Source: Chloroflexota bacterium (GTDB lineage Bacteria; Chloroflexota; UBA11872; VXOZ01). From it: a stretch of DNA of 64,000 nucleotides. The notes below the pieces were generated by a model that was given only the letters and a program-made list of their open reading frames with translations, made no database searches and was not told where the DNA came from. How positions within the stretch are numbered: position 1 is the first letter of the stretch; every line of letters begins with the position of its first letter. Below, in pieces: positions 49,593 to 59,865 of the stretch. Location: assembly GCA_965221905.1 (NCBI GenBank), contig OZ244922.1:3040001-3104000 (forward strand), read 5' to 3'. Position numbers and translations under genes: made by a program.

Positions 49593-51398
49593 CTAGTGCA
49601 CCACACTCTCCATATACTCCAAGGACTGGTGCCTAAAGTACGTGTCGTAGAGTGCTGCGTAGTGGCCGCCTGCGGCCAGCAGCGACCGGTGGGTGCCTTC
49701 TTCCAGGATGCGGCCGCTGTCCAGCACCAGAATGCGGTCGGCTTGCTGCACGGTATAGAGGCGGTGCGCGATCACTATTGAGGTGCGGTTGCGCATGATG
49801 GCTTCCACACCGTCTTGAATTTGCACCTCGGTAAAGGGGTCAACGCTCGCCGTTGCTTCGTCCAAGATGAATACCGCCGGATCGTGCAGCATCACGCGTG
49901 CCAGGGCCACAAGTTGACGCTGACCCATAGAAAGCCGTCCGCCGCGCTCGCCGACGTCGGTATCCAGCCCGTTGGGCAAGTCGGCAAGCCAATTGCCCCC
50001 CGCAATGTGTTCCACTGCACGCAGTACGTCTTCCTCAGTGGCTTCCGGCTTGCCGTACCGGATATTCTCGCCCACGGTGCCGCTAAAGAGAAATGGCGAC
50101 TGCGGCACGATGCCAATCTGACGGCGGTACGAAGCCAGCTCAAAAGTGCGGATATCGCGCCCGTCCACGAGCAATTGTCCCTCTTGATACTCGTAGAATC
50201 GCGCTACAAGCCGTACGATGCTCGTCTTGCCGGAGCCCGTATGTCCAACCAGCGCGATGGATTCGCCCGGTTGAATCTCTAGGTCAAAATCCGGCAACAC
50301 AATCTCACTGGGCTGGTAGCTGAAGCGCACCTTCCGAAACTCGAACCCTCCTTGCAGGTCGTCGGCAGGAACATCACCGGTCTGCACGACGCGGGGCTCA
50401 GCGTCGATCAGCCCAAACACCCGCTCACTGGCGGCGAGCCCATTTTGAAACTGACTCCAAAACGAAGCGATCTGCGTGAGCGGAAACCAGAAGAACATGA
50501 GCGCTTGAATGAAGAGATACCAATCGCCCACGCTCATAGCGCCGGAGGCTGTTTTCAGACCGCCGAAATAGACGACGACTGCGGCGCCAAGACCGGCTGT
50601 GGCGTTGAACACCGGGAAGAAAGTATTGAGCACGATCCCTTGCCGGAAGTTTACACGGTACGCTTGCTGGTTGATGCGAACGAAGTCATCATGCACCGCC
50701 TTCTCTTGGCGGAATACCTTAGCTACGGCGATACCGCTAATCGACTCCTCGATGTGGGCGTTGACCTGCGCCATGATGCGCCGCGAATGCAGCGAGGTCT
50801 CACGGGCAATGCGTCGGAACAGGAGCGAAATAGCTGCTATAAACGGCGCCATCGCCACCGTAATCAACCCCAGTTGCAGATTGATAACGAGCAACACGCC
50901 TCCCATCAGCAGCACCAGCATCACCTGACTGATCAAATTCATCGTAAGAGAGACCGTCTCAGCGAATCCATCCGTGTCCGAGGAAACACGGCTGACGAGT
51001 TTGCCGGTCGGCTGATCGTCGAAGAACGAGAGGTCGTGCCCCATGGTTGCATTGAACGCGTCCTCCCGAATCTTCAGAATAACGTTGCCAATCGCGACGG
51101 CGCCGAGCCATTGACGGAGAAAATTGAGGCCCCATGAGACGCTGCTCAAGAGCAGGATAAAAATTATGAGGAGCACCATCGTCTGCGCGACGGGATTGTC
51201 GACGACCTGGTCAATGCCGCGGGAGATGAGGATCGGCACCGCCGTATCGGTCAGCGAACCGACAAAGACAGCGCCTGCCACCAATAGCATTGGACGCAAT
51301 TGCGGACGGAAGTATTTCACAATACGACTTAGGAGCGCCCGATCGCTGTACTCGCGGTCGTACGCGTCTGCGTCCAGGCCGTCCATCACAAAACCCAT
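49593..51398 (-). CDS. ABC exporter, fused permease/ATPase (heterodimer subunit B)
   Basis: Six TMs plus GHTGSGKT, LSMGQRQ, LDEAT and AHRL. Confidence 0.92.
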   Translation of the reverse strand: MGFVMDGLDADAYDREYSDRALLSRIVKYFRPQLRPMLLVAGAVFVGSLTDTAVPILISRGIDQVVDNPVAQTMVLLIIFILLLSSVSWGLNFLRQWLGAVAIGNVILKIREDAFNATMGHDLSFFDDQPTGKLVSRVSSDTDGFAETVSLTMNLISQVMLVLLMGGVLLVINLQLGLITVAMAPFIAAISLLFRRIARETSLHSRRIMAQVNAHIEESISGIAVAKVFRQEKAVHDDFVRINQQAYRVNFRQGIVLNTFFPVFNATAGLGAAVVVYFGGLKTASGAMSVGDWYLFIQALMFFWFPLTQIASFWSQFQNGLAASERVFGLIDAEPRVVQTGDVPADDLQGGFEFRKVRFSYQPSEIVLPDFDLEIQPGESIALVGHTGSGKTSIVRLVARFYEYQEGQLLVDGRDIRTFELASYRRQIGIVPQSPFLFSGTVGENIRYGKPEATEEDVLRAVEHIAGGNWLADLPNGLDTDVGERGGRLSMGQRQLVALARVMLHDPAVFILDEATASVDPFTEVQIQDGVEAIMRNRTSIVIAHRLYTVQQADRILVLDSGRILEEGTHRSLLAAGGHYAALYDTYFRHQSLEYMESVVH

Positions 51399-51483
51399 TG
51401 GCCGGACCTCATTTGCGGTGCAGAACGGTAGTTTCCGCGTTCACAGCCCCCGCTCCTTCTGCCGTGCTTGTGACAAATTGAAG

Positions 51484-51511
51484 ATGGATTCCCGCTTTCG
51501 CGGGAATGACG
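51484..51511 (-). repeat. CGTC-type REP
   Basis: ATGGATTCCCGCTTTCGCGGGAATGACG between the two ABC genes. Confidence 0.75.
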
Positions 51512-51576
51512 GATTGCTAATCCGCTTCTCTTCATTGCAAGAGTCCTGTCTTACATGCTGCAAGGGTCACTGTCCA

Positions 51577-53379
51577 CTACTCTCCAACCACCGTCGCAGG
51601 CATTGCGGCAGCGTAGCGTTCGTCCCGGTGGGCAAAGATATTGCGGTAGGCCGGACTGCGAGCCATCAATTCCTCGTGCGTACCTTGATCCTCTAAAGCC
51701 CCGCCGCGCAGCACAAGAATGCGGTCGGCCCAGCGAATCTGCGATAGGCGGTGCGTTATTATGAATGTCGTCCGCCCGTGCAGGATGTTGCGCAGAGCGC
51801 GTTGAATCTGGTCTTCAGTCGCGCTATCGATTGCACTGGTCGAATCATCGAGCACCAGAATACGCGGGTCGGCCAGGAACGCGCGCGCAATGGCGATGCG
51901 TTGACGTTGTCCGCCGGAGAGCGTCACGCCGCGTTCACCCACCACCGTGTCGTACCCATCCTTAAAGCTCGTGATAAAGTCATGGGCTTGGGCCTGCTTT
52001 GCTACCGCTTCAATTTCCTCGCGGGTGACCGGTCGGCGCACCCCGAAGGCGATATTTTCCGCCAGCGTGCGCGAAAAGAGGAAGACATCCTGATCGATGG
52101 TGGCAATCTGCGAGCGCAGCGACTCCATCGACCATACGCGCACGTCCACGCCGTCGATCAACACGCGCCCTCCCGAGACCTCGTAGATGCGGTTGATGAG
52201 ACGGGTGAGCGTAGACTTGCCGGAACCGGTCTGTCCCACAATCGCTATCGTCTCACCCGGCTTAGCGCGAAAACTAATGTCCTTGAGTGTATTGGAGTCG
52301 TGGTAGGCAAATGAAACGTTGTCGAACTCCACCTCACCGTCAATCGGCTTCTCAATGCCGGCCCGGTTCTCGTCTATCTCCGTCTCTGCGTTAAGTATGG
52401 CAAGGATGCGTTCCGATCCTGCCGTGCCGAGTTTGACGAGAGAGAACGCAAAAATGGAAACGAATGTTGGAAATCGCAGCATGCCGAGCAAGCCCATGAA
52501 TGTAATAACCTGGGCGATTGACAGAGCGTCATTTGTAAAGAGATAGAGCGCGTGCGCGAGGCCGAGCGCCAACGTAAAGGAAAACATGAGCAGCGGCAGG
52601 TAGAGTGCCTGGATCTTGCCCTGTTTGACGAAGAGATCGCGGTAGTTTTCCGCCTTGACACGAAAACGGCCGTATTCCTGCTTTTCCTGGGCGTTTGACT
52701 TTACCACTTCAATGCCGGCAATCGACTCTGTGAGTGTAGCGTTCATCACGCCAAACTGCGCCCGCAGCCCGCCGGCAACCGGGGTGAGCCGTCGCAAGTA
52801 CCCACGCAAGGCAATGAGAAAGAGAAGGAGGAATAGTATCGGAATGGGCAAGAGTGCTGTATGCACGATTAGGCCGATAGCAACAATGGGAGCCACCATG
52901 TTGACGAGCCACTCCGATAGCAAGAGGAGGCCGGGATTGACCATATAGTTGAGTTGCCGCACGTCGTTGGTAGCACGCGCCATGATGTCGCCAACACGCT
53001 GTCGTCCGTGATAGGTCTGACTTTTGCCCAGCAAGTTTACGTAGAGTTCGTCGCGTACATCCCGTTCGATACGCAGCGCAACTATCTCAGCCGTATAGTT
53101 CGCGAAGAGCTGCATTACGCCTCTGAGCAGACTGATGCCGACAATAGCCAGGGCGAAGCCAAGCAGCTCGCTGACCTGGGCATCTGCCTGCGCGACGGCA
53201 CCGAAGGCATTCCCCATTAAGATCGGCACCTGCACTGCGGCGACCACGACTCCCGCGCGTAAGACGGTACCTACCACCACGTGCACCGGGTAACGCTTGG
53301 CATGACTGACGAGCCAACGCAGAACGGAAGAGCGATCATACGTATGTTCGGTATCAGGCGTAAACTCGCGATTCTTCAC
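51577..53379 (-). CDS. ABC exporter, fused permease/ATPase (heterodimer subunit A)
   Basis: GQTGSGKS, LSGGQRQ and Walker B LDDST (Asp in place of the catalytic Glu, a degenerate site typical of heterodimeric exporters). Confidence 0.92.
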   Translation of the reverse strand: MKNREFTPDTEHTYDRSSVLRWLVSHAKRYPVHVVVGTVLRAGVVVAAVQVPILMGNAFGAVAQADAQVSELLGFALAIVGISLLRGVMQLFANYTAEIVALRIERDVRDELYVNLLGKSQTYHGRQRVGDIMARATNDVRQLNYMVNPGLLLLSEWLVNMVAPIVAIGLIVHTALLPIPILFLLLFLIALRGYLRRLTPVAGGLRAQFGVMNATLTESIAGIEVVKSNAQEKQEYGRFRVKAENYRDLFVKQGKIQALYLPLLMFSFTLALGLAHALYLFTNDALSIAQVITFMGLLGMLRFPTFVSIFAFSLVKLGTAGSERILAILNAETEIDENRAGIEKPIDGEVEFDNVSFAYHDSNTLKDISFRAKPGETIAIVGQTGSGKSTLTRLINRIYEVSGGRVLIDGVDVRVWSMESLRSQIATIDQDVFLFSRTLAENIAFGVRRPVTREEIEAVAKQAQAHDFITSFKDGYDTVVGERGVTLSGGQRQRIAIARAFLADPRILVLDDSTSAIDSATEDQIQRALRNILHGRTTFIITHRLSQIRWADRILVLRGGALEDQGTHEELMARSPAYRNIFAHRDERYAAAMPATVVGE

Positions 53380-53615
53380 CTAAGTCTCCTGGATACCCTA
53401 ATCATTGCCGTCATTTCACTATAGCATCCTGCATTAAATGTGATGGTCTTCAACTGCTGAGCAGTGAGAAGCATCTTGGCAGTACAAGCGTTTTCTCACG
53501 ATCGAGGCACAATGCCGCCGCAAATCGCTTGTTCTATTGCATAGATACTAGGTACATTAGACAGTAAGAAGACAAAAAACATGTTACGTGCAAAATATGG
53601 GGAACGGGGTGAACA

Positions 53616-54191
53616 GTGATAGGATCGGACGTGAGACTCTACTGGCTGCAGTCGTGGCAACTCTTTGTAATTGTAGCCCTCGGCGTCCTCTGCTTGAGCG
53701 GGTGCATCGCGCAGCCGCAAGGTGTGATTATCAACACGAAGCCAACCCCCACACCCACGCCAGTCGTCGGTAACCCCAATGACCCCAAGATTATCGAGGT
53801 CACACTATCGGATAACACAGTGCCGCCTTCCGGTGTCGGCATCATCTGGGTCAATCGGAGTGTGGGCTGGGCGCCGTATGAGAGTCCGGGAGACGGTCGC
53901 TTGCCTCCCGATGAGTACGGCGTGCAGGTTTACATCGACGACGAGCGCATCGGCGTCTTTTGGCCCGACGAGACCGGCGGCATGGGCCCCCGGCCCCTCG
54001 CCATACCCCAGAACGTGTGGGGGTTTGGACTGGGTGAGCACACCTTGAAATTCGTGCAGCAGGGACCTGAGGTCTGGCGGGAGTCGACCCCAGTCATCAT
54101 CGTGGTAACGCAAGAATTCAAGCCCACACCCACTGTTCCTCCCAGCCCCACACCGCTGCCGCCACCGACTCCTTCTCCCCGGCCCGCGTAG
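53616..54191 (+). CDS. Pro/Thr-rich lipoprotein, unknown function
   Basis: LSGC lipobox; PTPTP linkers flank a small beta-domain. Confidence 0.7.
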   Translation: MIGSDVRLYWLQSWQLFVIVALGVLCLSGCIAQPQGVIINTKPTPTPTPVVGNPNDPKIIEVTLSDNTVPPSGVGIIWVNRSVGWAPYESPGDGRLPPDEYGVQVYIDDERIGVFWPDETGGMGPRPLAIPQNVWGFGLGEHTLKFVQQGPEVWRESTPVIIVVTQEFKPTPTVPPSPTPLPPPTPSPRPA

Positions 54192-54194
54192 TCC

Positions 54195-55478
54195 ATGCCA
54201 GTTTCCCATCACGATGGCATCGGCATAGTGCTGCTCGCTGCGGGAGAGTCGCGGCGCATGGCGACTTCGTTAGAGACGGAGATTTCGTCGCAGGCGACCC
54301 CCAAAGCGCTGCTGCCGTGGCTTGGACGACCGCTAATCCAGTACCAGCTTGAGCAGATCACGGCGCTCGGTGCAGCGCAGGGCGCAACACACGTCGTCGT
54401 CGTCACCGGGTTTCATGCCAAGCGCCTCGCGCCCTACATTGAGTCTTTCGCGGGCGTACGCATTGTGGAAAATCCCGACCCCGCGCGAGGCAGAGCTTCT
54501 TCAATCGTGCACGGCGTGAGTGCTCTGCCGGAGACGCTGACGGCCCTTGCTGTAATCAACGTCGACCAGCCCTGTGCCGCACCGATTCTCAAACAACTCG
54601 TGGCGGCGCAGTCTACGGGAGACAAGCTCATCACTATTCCCCGGTATAAGGGGGTGCGAGGTCACCCGCCGCTCTTCTCGGGCAGGCTACGGCGGAAACT
54701 GCTGCAAGTACGTGAGGAGACCCAGGGCTTGAAGGCCGTCACCCGCGCCCACCGGGCCGATACAAAGTATCTGGACGTTGACGACCCCGGTGTCATATTG
54801 AACCTCAATACGCCGACTGACTATCAGCGGGCCCAGCAACAGCACGTCCTGCTTGCCACTACTAACCCGGCCAAGGCCGCGCATCTCGCTTGGCTGCTGG
54901 CGGGCATACCGCTGCGGCGCGTAACGCTGGCAGAGGCGAATCTGCCCCAAGCGTCTGCCCCACCGGAAACTGAATCGACATTGGAAGCGATCGCCGCGAA
55001 CAAGGCGATTGCCTGGTCGCGGGCATTTGGCGGTTTGGCGATCGCATCAGACGGCGGCATTGCTATCCCGGCGTTAGGCGACCGTTGGGAGGAGCGGCTG
55101 ACTGCGCGCTTTGCGGGGAGTCATGCCACCGACGAGCAGCGCGTCCGGGCGCTGCTGGCGCTACTGCAGCCTTATCGGGGGGAAGACCGCCGGGCCTTCT
55201 TTCGCGAGAGTGTGGCGCTCGCTAACAACGGCACGCTGTTGCAGACGTGGAGCGCGCAAAGTACGCCGGGCTCGATCGCCGATTCCTACCACCCCGATCA
55301 GCTAGTCCCAGGATTCTGGCTGCTAACACTGTGGTGCGATCTGAATACCGGCGAGCGCGTCGGCGCGCGTACGCCCGAAGACCCCGCCTATCCGGACGGT
55401 GCTTGGGCGCGCATGAGGCCCTGGGTCCAAGAGTATGTGGCAGCCTACTATGCGCGTTGCCTTACTCCGGCAATGTGA
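54195..55478 (+). CDS. fusion: MocA/MobA-like NTP transferase + Ham1/RdgB-like pyrophosphatase domain
   Basis: LLAAGESRRM, PKALL, DQP, GHP and NTPTDY, then LATTNPAK, E..T...A..KA and ASDGGI..PALG. Confidence 0.8.
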   Translation: MPVSHHDGIGIVLLAAGESRRMATSLETEISSQATPKALLPWLGRPLIQYQLEQITALGAAQGATHVVVVTGFHAKRLAPYIESFAGVRIVENPDPARGRASSIVHGVSALPETLTALAVINVDQPCAAPILKQLVAAQSTGDKLITIPRYKGVRGHPPLFSGRLRRKLLQVREETQGLKAVTRAHRADTKYLDVDDPGVILNLNTPTDYQRAQQQHVLLATTNPAKAAHLAWLLAGIPLRRVTLAEANLPQASAPPETESTLEAIAANKAIAWSRAFGGLAIASDGGIAIPALGDRWEERLTARFAGSHATDEQRVRALLALLQPYRGEDRRAFFRESVALANNGTLLQTWSAQSTPGSIADSYHPDQLVPGFWLLTLWCDLNTGERVGARTPEDPAYPDGAWARMRPWVQEYVAAYYARCLTPAM

Positions 55479-56457
55479 GCACTGCTCCGGACCGATCACT
55501 CCAATCGCCCTTGATGATTACGAGGCCGTCGCGCTCCAAGTCCTGCGCCAGTTCCCACACCCGCGCTGCCGGTAACTCTGCGGCAGTCTGGTCTTGCACG
55601 CAGCTTACCAACACGGCGAATGGCAGCGCGCTGCCCGGCGGCCGCTCCCGCAACGCGGCGATGATGCGCCCGCGATAGTAGCGTCGAGAGCCGCTGAACT
55701 TCCCCTGGCCCTTCGGACGCAGCGAAGGTAAGTCTTGGACTGCTCCTGCCCGTCCCGCTTGGCACCACGTGAGGAGCGGACAATGCGGACAATCCGGCCG
55801 ACGGGAGGTGCAGACCGAAGACCCCAGGTCCATCAACGCCTGATTCCAACGCGCGGATTGCTCACTGGGAACGAGACTGTCGGCCAGTCCCTGAAATTGC
55901 CGTTCCGTCGGCCCCTCGATTCCAAAGACTGCGGCAAGATCGCGTTGGTAGACCCGACCCAGCACCCGCCGCACGTTTGTATCTACCACGGCAACCGGCG
56001 CATTGCTGACAAAGCTTAAAATCGCCCGCGCCGTGTAGGCCCCGATACCGGAAAGGCCGAGCAGCGCCTGCAAAGTCATGGGAAACGTGCCGCCGTGTTC
56101 CTGCACAACCGCCTGCGCCGCGCGGTGGAGATGCACGGCCCGCCGGTTATAGCCAAGTCCGGCCCAAAGGCGGATAACCTCTGCCAACGGCGCTGCTGCC
56201 AGTTGCCAAACTGTGGGAAAGCGGGCAAGGAAGTCTTGGTACTTCGGAATTACGCGCTCTACCTGAGTCTGCTGCAGCATCATCTCGGCAAGAAAAATGC
56301 GATAGGGACTCTTCGTCTTGCGCCACGGCAAGGCCCGCCGGTGCGCGCGGTACCATCCCAGCAGCGCAACCTGAATGCGCTGCACGGTCTCATCAGTCTG
56401 CACGTGCAGCGTACCGTCATCCGCAACCGAGAAATACTCGCTACGCTGTTTTTCCAT
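55462..56457 (-). CDS. mutY: A/G-specific adenine glycosylase (HhH-GPD, Fe-S)
   Basis: LPWR, EMMLQQTQV, WAGLGYNRRA, VVDTNVRRV and C-x6-C-x2-C-x5-C. The start is uncertain. Confidence 0.9.
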   Translation of the reverse strand: MEKQRSEYFSVADDGTLHVQTDETVQRIQVALLGWYRAHRRALPWRKTKSPYRIFLAEMMLQQTQVERVIPKYQDFLARFPTVWQLAAAPLAEVIRLWAGLGYNRRAVHLHRAAQAVVQEHGGTFPMTLQALLGLSGIGAYTARAILSFVSNAPVAVVDTNVRRVLGRVYQRDLAAVFGIEGPTERQFQGLADSLVPSEQSARWNQALMDLGSSVCTSRRPDCPHCPLLTWCQAGRAGAVQDLPSLRPKGQGKFSGSRRYYRGRIIAALRERPPGSALPFAVLVSCVQDQTAAELPAARVWELAQDLERDGLVIIKGDWSDRSGAVLTLPE

Positions 56458-56595
56458 ATTGACGTTGGGTTTGCATGTGCGAGATGAATTGTTCTTTTTA
56501 GTGGGTCGGTCGCAACCATGCCGGATGTGCAGGGCCGCCCCCATTCCTCAAGCGCGCTTGAGGAAAGTCGCAAGCAGCATCGCTTAGGAACGAGT

Positions 56596-57492
56596 ATGCC
56601 ACAGGCGCTCTATGAAGAAGTACACTGCAAGACCGCACTCACGCGAGTGCAGGGCATGGCGTTTGGCTGGAGCCTCAATCCCTATCGGGGGTGCACCCAT
56701 GGCTGCCACTACTGTTTCGCCCGCAGTACGCACTTCTACTACGATCTGAACGCGGACGATGAGTTTTCTTCCATAATCTTTGTCAAGACAAACATCGCCG
56801 ATGTTCTGCGCATGGAGCTCTCGTCGCCACGATGGCAGCGCCCGCGCGTCGTGATCGGTACGGCCACCGACCCTTACCAACCGATTGAGGGTAAGTACCG
56901 GCTGACCCGCGCCGTGCTTGAAGCCTTCCTCGCCTTCCGCACGCCGGTCTCCATCATCACAAAGTCATCTCTTGTAATCCGTGATGTGGATCTCCTGGCC
57001 GAAATAGCGCTACGCCTTGGGTGCACGGTGAATTTCAGCATTACTACCCTTGACCGTTCGCTGTGGAGGCAACTTGAACCCGGCACGGCCCCGCCTCTGC
57101 AGCGGCTTCGTGCCATGCAACGGCTCGCAGCCGCCGGTGTGCATGCCGGCGTGCTGCTTGCCCCTATCATACCGGGCCTAACGGCGACGAAAGACAACCT
57201 CGAAGATGTCGCGCGCGCCGCTGCGGAACACAATGCTTCCTTCCTGGCTGCGAACGTGCTCAACCTGGGCGTCGGCGTCAAGGAACACTTCTTGGAGTAT
57301 CTCAGGAGCGAGTTTCCTTGGCTCCTCGGCACGTATCGCCAGCTCTATCCGGGCCGGTATGCGCCGGAAAGATTCGCAGAGCCGATTTATGATTATGTAA
57401 ACATACTGCAGCAGCGGTACGCCTTGGATAATAGAGAGCCCTCACACTCACCCGAGCCCGAACCGACGCAACTCTCTCTCAACATCATTTAG
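56596..57492 (+). CDS. Rv2578c/SplB-like radical SAM protein
   Basis: NPYRGCTHGCHYCFAR, GTATDPYQPIE, TKS and LEPG. Confidence 0.9.
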   Translation: MPQALYEEVHCKTALTRVQGMAFGWSLNPYRGCTHGCHYCFARSTHFYYDLNADDEFSSIIFVKTNIADVLRMELSSPRWQRPRVVIGTATDPYQPIEGKYRLTRAVLEAFLAFRTPVSIITKSSLVIRDVDLLAEIALRLGCTVNFSITTLDRSLWRQLEPGTAPPLQRLRAMQRLAAAGVHAGVLLAPIIPGLTATKDNLEDVARAAAEHNASFLAANVLNLGVGVKEHFLEYLRSEFPWLLGTYRQLYPGRYAPERFAEPIYDYVNILQQRYALDNREPSHSPEPEPTQLSLNII

Positions 57493-57591
57493 TACGCCAG
57501 GCCGGTCAATCTGATTCTCTTCGCGTTGCGCGAGACTATCAGTTCAGAGTTGGACAAGCCTGCTTTGACCGCCACTGGGTGAAGAGTTGTA

Positions 57592-57830
57592 CGGAATTAG
57601 TAGTTCTAAGCTTAGGCTATGCGACATGTGAGATGTAGCGAGCAGCCAACGGAGTGTACCCCTCTTGTCATTTCGAACGGAGCGCAGCGTAGTGTCGAAC
57701 CTTGTTCGCGGAATCTAAAGTGCTGAGCCTATTGGACTGCGCACGGCATGGACCCTAGATTCCTCGCTGCGCTCGGAATGACAGGCACTTCAGCGCAACG
57801 AAGCAGGTAAGCCCAAATCTACTAATTCCG
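57592..57830. mobile_element. MITE (239 bp), same TIR family as 13408-13625, 8-bp TSD
   Basis: Ends CGGAATTAGTAGTTCTAAGCTT and AAGCCCAAATCTACTAATTCCG; GAGTTGTA duplicated at 57584-91 and 57831-38; internal TGTCATT...GGAATGACA REP pair. Confidence 0.9.
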
Positions 57831-57833
57831 GAG

Positions 57834-57862
57834 TTGTATGCATACGACAAGGCTGCTATAAT
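57834..57862 (+). promoter_or_regulatory. sigma70-type promoter for argF
   Basis: TTGTAT, 17 nt, TATAAT with TGn extension; the -35 lies largely within the MITE target duplication. Confidence 0.65.
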
Positions 57863-57948
57863 ATGTCTACTAATACTCCTCCCCGCGCATTCTTTACTGA
57901 GTCCCCTAGTCCCGCTTTCCCTCCCGCAGATGAAAGAAGCAACCAGCC

Positions 57949-58911
57949 TTGAAGGGTCGAGACCTCCTTACGCTTGCTGACCTCTCCGCGTCTGAAGTCC
58001 ACCAAATACTTGAAACCGCTAAGACTCTGAAGTCTGCCGGAAGCGAGCTATCGGATTCTACCGGCAGGGCCGACTATAGTCCGCTGGCGGGGTATACGCT
58101 CGCCATGATCTTCGAGAAGCCTTCCCTGCGCACCCGTGCCACTTTTGCCATCGGCATGCAGCAATTGGGCGGTCAGGTGGTGGACCTGGCGGCGGAGCAC
58201 TTGCAGATGGGAGTGCGTGAAACGGTCCCGGACGTTGCCCGGAATTTGGAACGCTGGGTAGACGTCATCATGGCGCGGGTATTCGCGCATTCCACCCTGG
58301 AAAACCTGGCAGAGCACGCCGGCATTCCCATAATCAACGGTCTTTCCGATTACAGCCATCCGTGCCAGATCTTGGCCGATCTCCTTACCATGCAGGAACA
58401 CAAAGGAGACCTTGCCACACGCAAGATCGCCTACGTCGGCGATGGGTACAATGTAGCCAACTCCCTCCTCTTTGCCGCCGGCAAACTTGGCTACCACCTC
58501 GCCGTAGGCTCTCCGAAAGGGTATCTGCCGCCTGACGACGTCAGCGAGCGCGCGCGCAACCTGGCTGTAGAATCAGGCGCCACGCTTGAGCTTTGCACGG
58601 ATCCGATAGCTACCGTTCAAGACGCAGATGTTATCTATACAGACTCCTGGATTAGCATGGGCCTAGAGGCAGAAGCAGCCGACCGCGAACGAGTATTCCC
58701 ACCGTACCAGATAAATGCAGATCTCTTGCGTCATGCGCGACCCGATGCAATCGTTATGCACTGCCTTCCTGCGCACCGCGGCATGGAAATCACCGACGAG
58801 GTGATGGACGGCCCGCAGTCGGTCGTATTCGATCAAGCCGAGAATCGCCTCCACGCCCAAAAGGCCGTGTTACTGGAACTGCTGGTTGGTGGGAGCCTCC
58901 AATCTCACTAG
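57949..58911 (+). CDS. argF: ornithine carbamoyltransferase
   Basis: FEKPSLRTR, HPCQILAD, YTDSWISMG, HCLP and QAENR. Confidence 0.95.
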   Translation: MKGRDLLTLADLSASEVHQILETAKTLKSAGSELSDSTGRADYSPLAGYTLAMIFEKPSLRTRATFAIGMQQLGGQVVDLAAEHLQMGVRETVPDVARNLERWVDVIMARVFAHSTLENLAEHAGIPIINGLSDYSHPCQILADLLTMQEHKGDLATRKIAYVGDGYNVANSLLFAAGKLGYHLAVGSPKGYLPPDDVSERARNLAVESGATLELCTDPIATVQDADVIYTDSWISMGLEAEAADRERVFPPYQINADLLRHARPDAIVMHCLPAHRGMEITDEVMDGPQSVVFDQAENRLHAQKAVLLELLVGGSLQSH

Positions 58912-58999
58912 CGAGAGTTTCCTCCTGCGGCCTCGGCCAGCCATCACCACAGCGCGAACAGGGATCCGACACATAGACACGTTGTCTTAGAGGTGACGC

Positions 59000-59857
59000 G
59001 TGGTAAACGACCTCCGTTGGCTCCTTTCCCAGATAGACTTTAGTGCGGCGTTCGATATTCTTCTCGTCGCCAGCATCATTCACATCATCTTCACCATCGT
59101 GCGTGGGACTCTTGCGGACCAATTGGTGCGCGGGATTGCCGTTCTGCTCGTCTTCGCGTTCATCATTGGCAACACATTGCAGCTCCTGGTCTTCGATTGG
59201 TTGCTGCGAAGCGTCTTGTCCGCGCTGGTAATCGCTATTCCCATCATCTTTCAGCCGGAGCTCCGGCGCTTCCTGGAGCAGGTCGGCCGCCAAGGCACCC
59301 ACCCGCTTGCCCGCTATATACCCATAAGTGAAGGCGTCTCACGCGCCCTCGAAGTGGTCGCCCACGCTGCCGGCCGTCTCTCGCAGAATCGCTGGGGCGG
59401 CCTCATTGTAATCGAGCGCGAAACCGGCTTGGAAGACTTCGTTGAAACAGGCCACCGCATCGACGGTCAAGTGAGCGAAGACTTGCTGCTGACCATCTTC
59501 TATCCAAACTCCCCGCTGCATGACAAGGCCGTAATCATACGCGGGGGACGCATCATCGCCGCTTCCTGCATGCTGCCGCTATCTGAAAACGTGCCCCAAG
59601 GTGAAGGCCTTGGCACTCGCCACGCGGCAGCCGTGGGCGTGAGCGAAGTTACCGACGCCATCTGCATCGCGGTCTCAGAGGAAAGCGGCATCATCTCGGT
59701 TGCGCGGGGCGGAACGCTTCTGCGGCACTTGGACGAGGGAAAGTTACACACGTATCTCCAAAGCCTTTTTCGCGAAGAACGTGGATCGAGCATGCTGCCT
59801 TGGTTGACGTTCCCCACCCTTTCACGTAGCCGCCGCCGGCGCAAAGTCTTGAAATAA
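59000..59857 (+). CDS. cdaA: diadenylate cyclase CdaA
   Basis: Three N-terminal TMs, IFQPELRR.LE, PLHDKA and GTRHAAA. Confidence 0.92.
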   Translation: MVNDLRWLLSQIDFSAAFDILLVASIIHIIFTIVRGTLADQLVRGIAVLLVFAFIIGNTLQLLVFDWLLRSVLSALVIAIPIIFQPELRRFLEQVGRQGTHPLARYIPISEGVSRALEVVAHAAGRLSQNRWGGLIVIERETGLEDFVETGHRIDGQVSEDLLLTIFYPNSPLHDKAVIIRGGRIIAASCMLPLSENVPQGEGLGTRHAAAVGVSEVTDAICIAVSEESGIISVARGGTLLRHLDEGKLHTYLQSLFREERGSSMLPWLTFPTLSRSRRRRKVLK

Positions 59858-59865
59858 TCTTCCGT

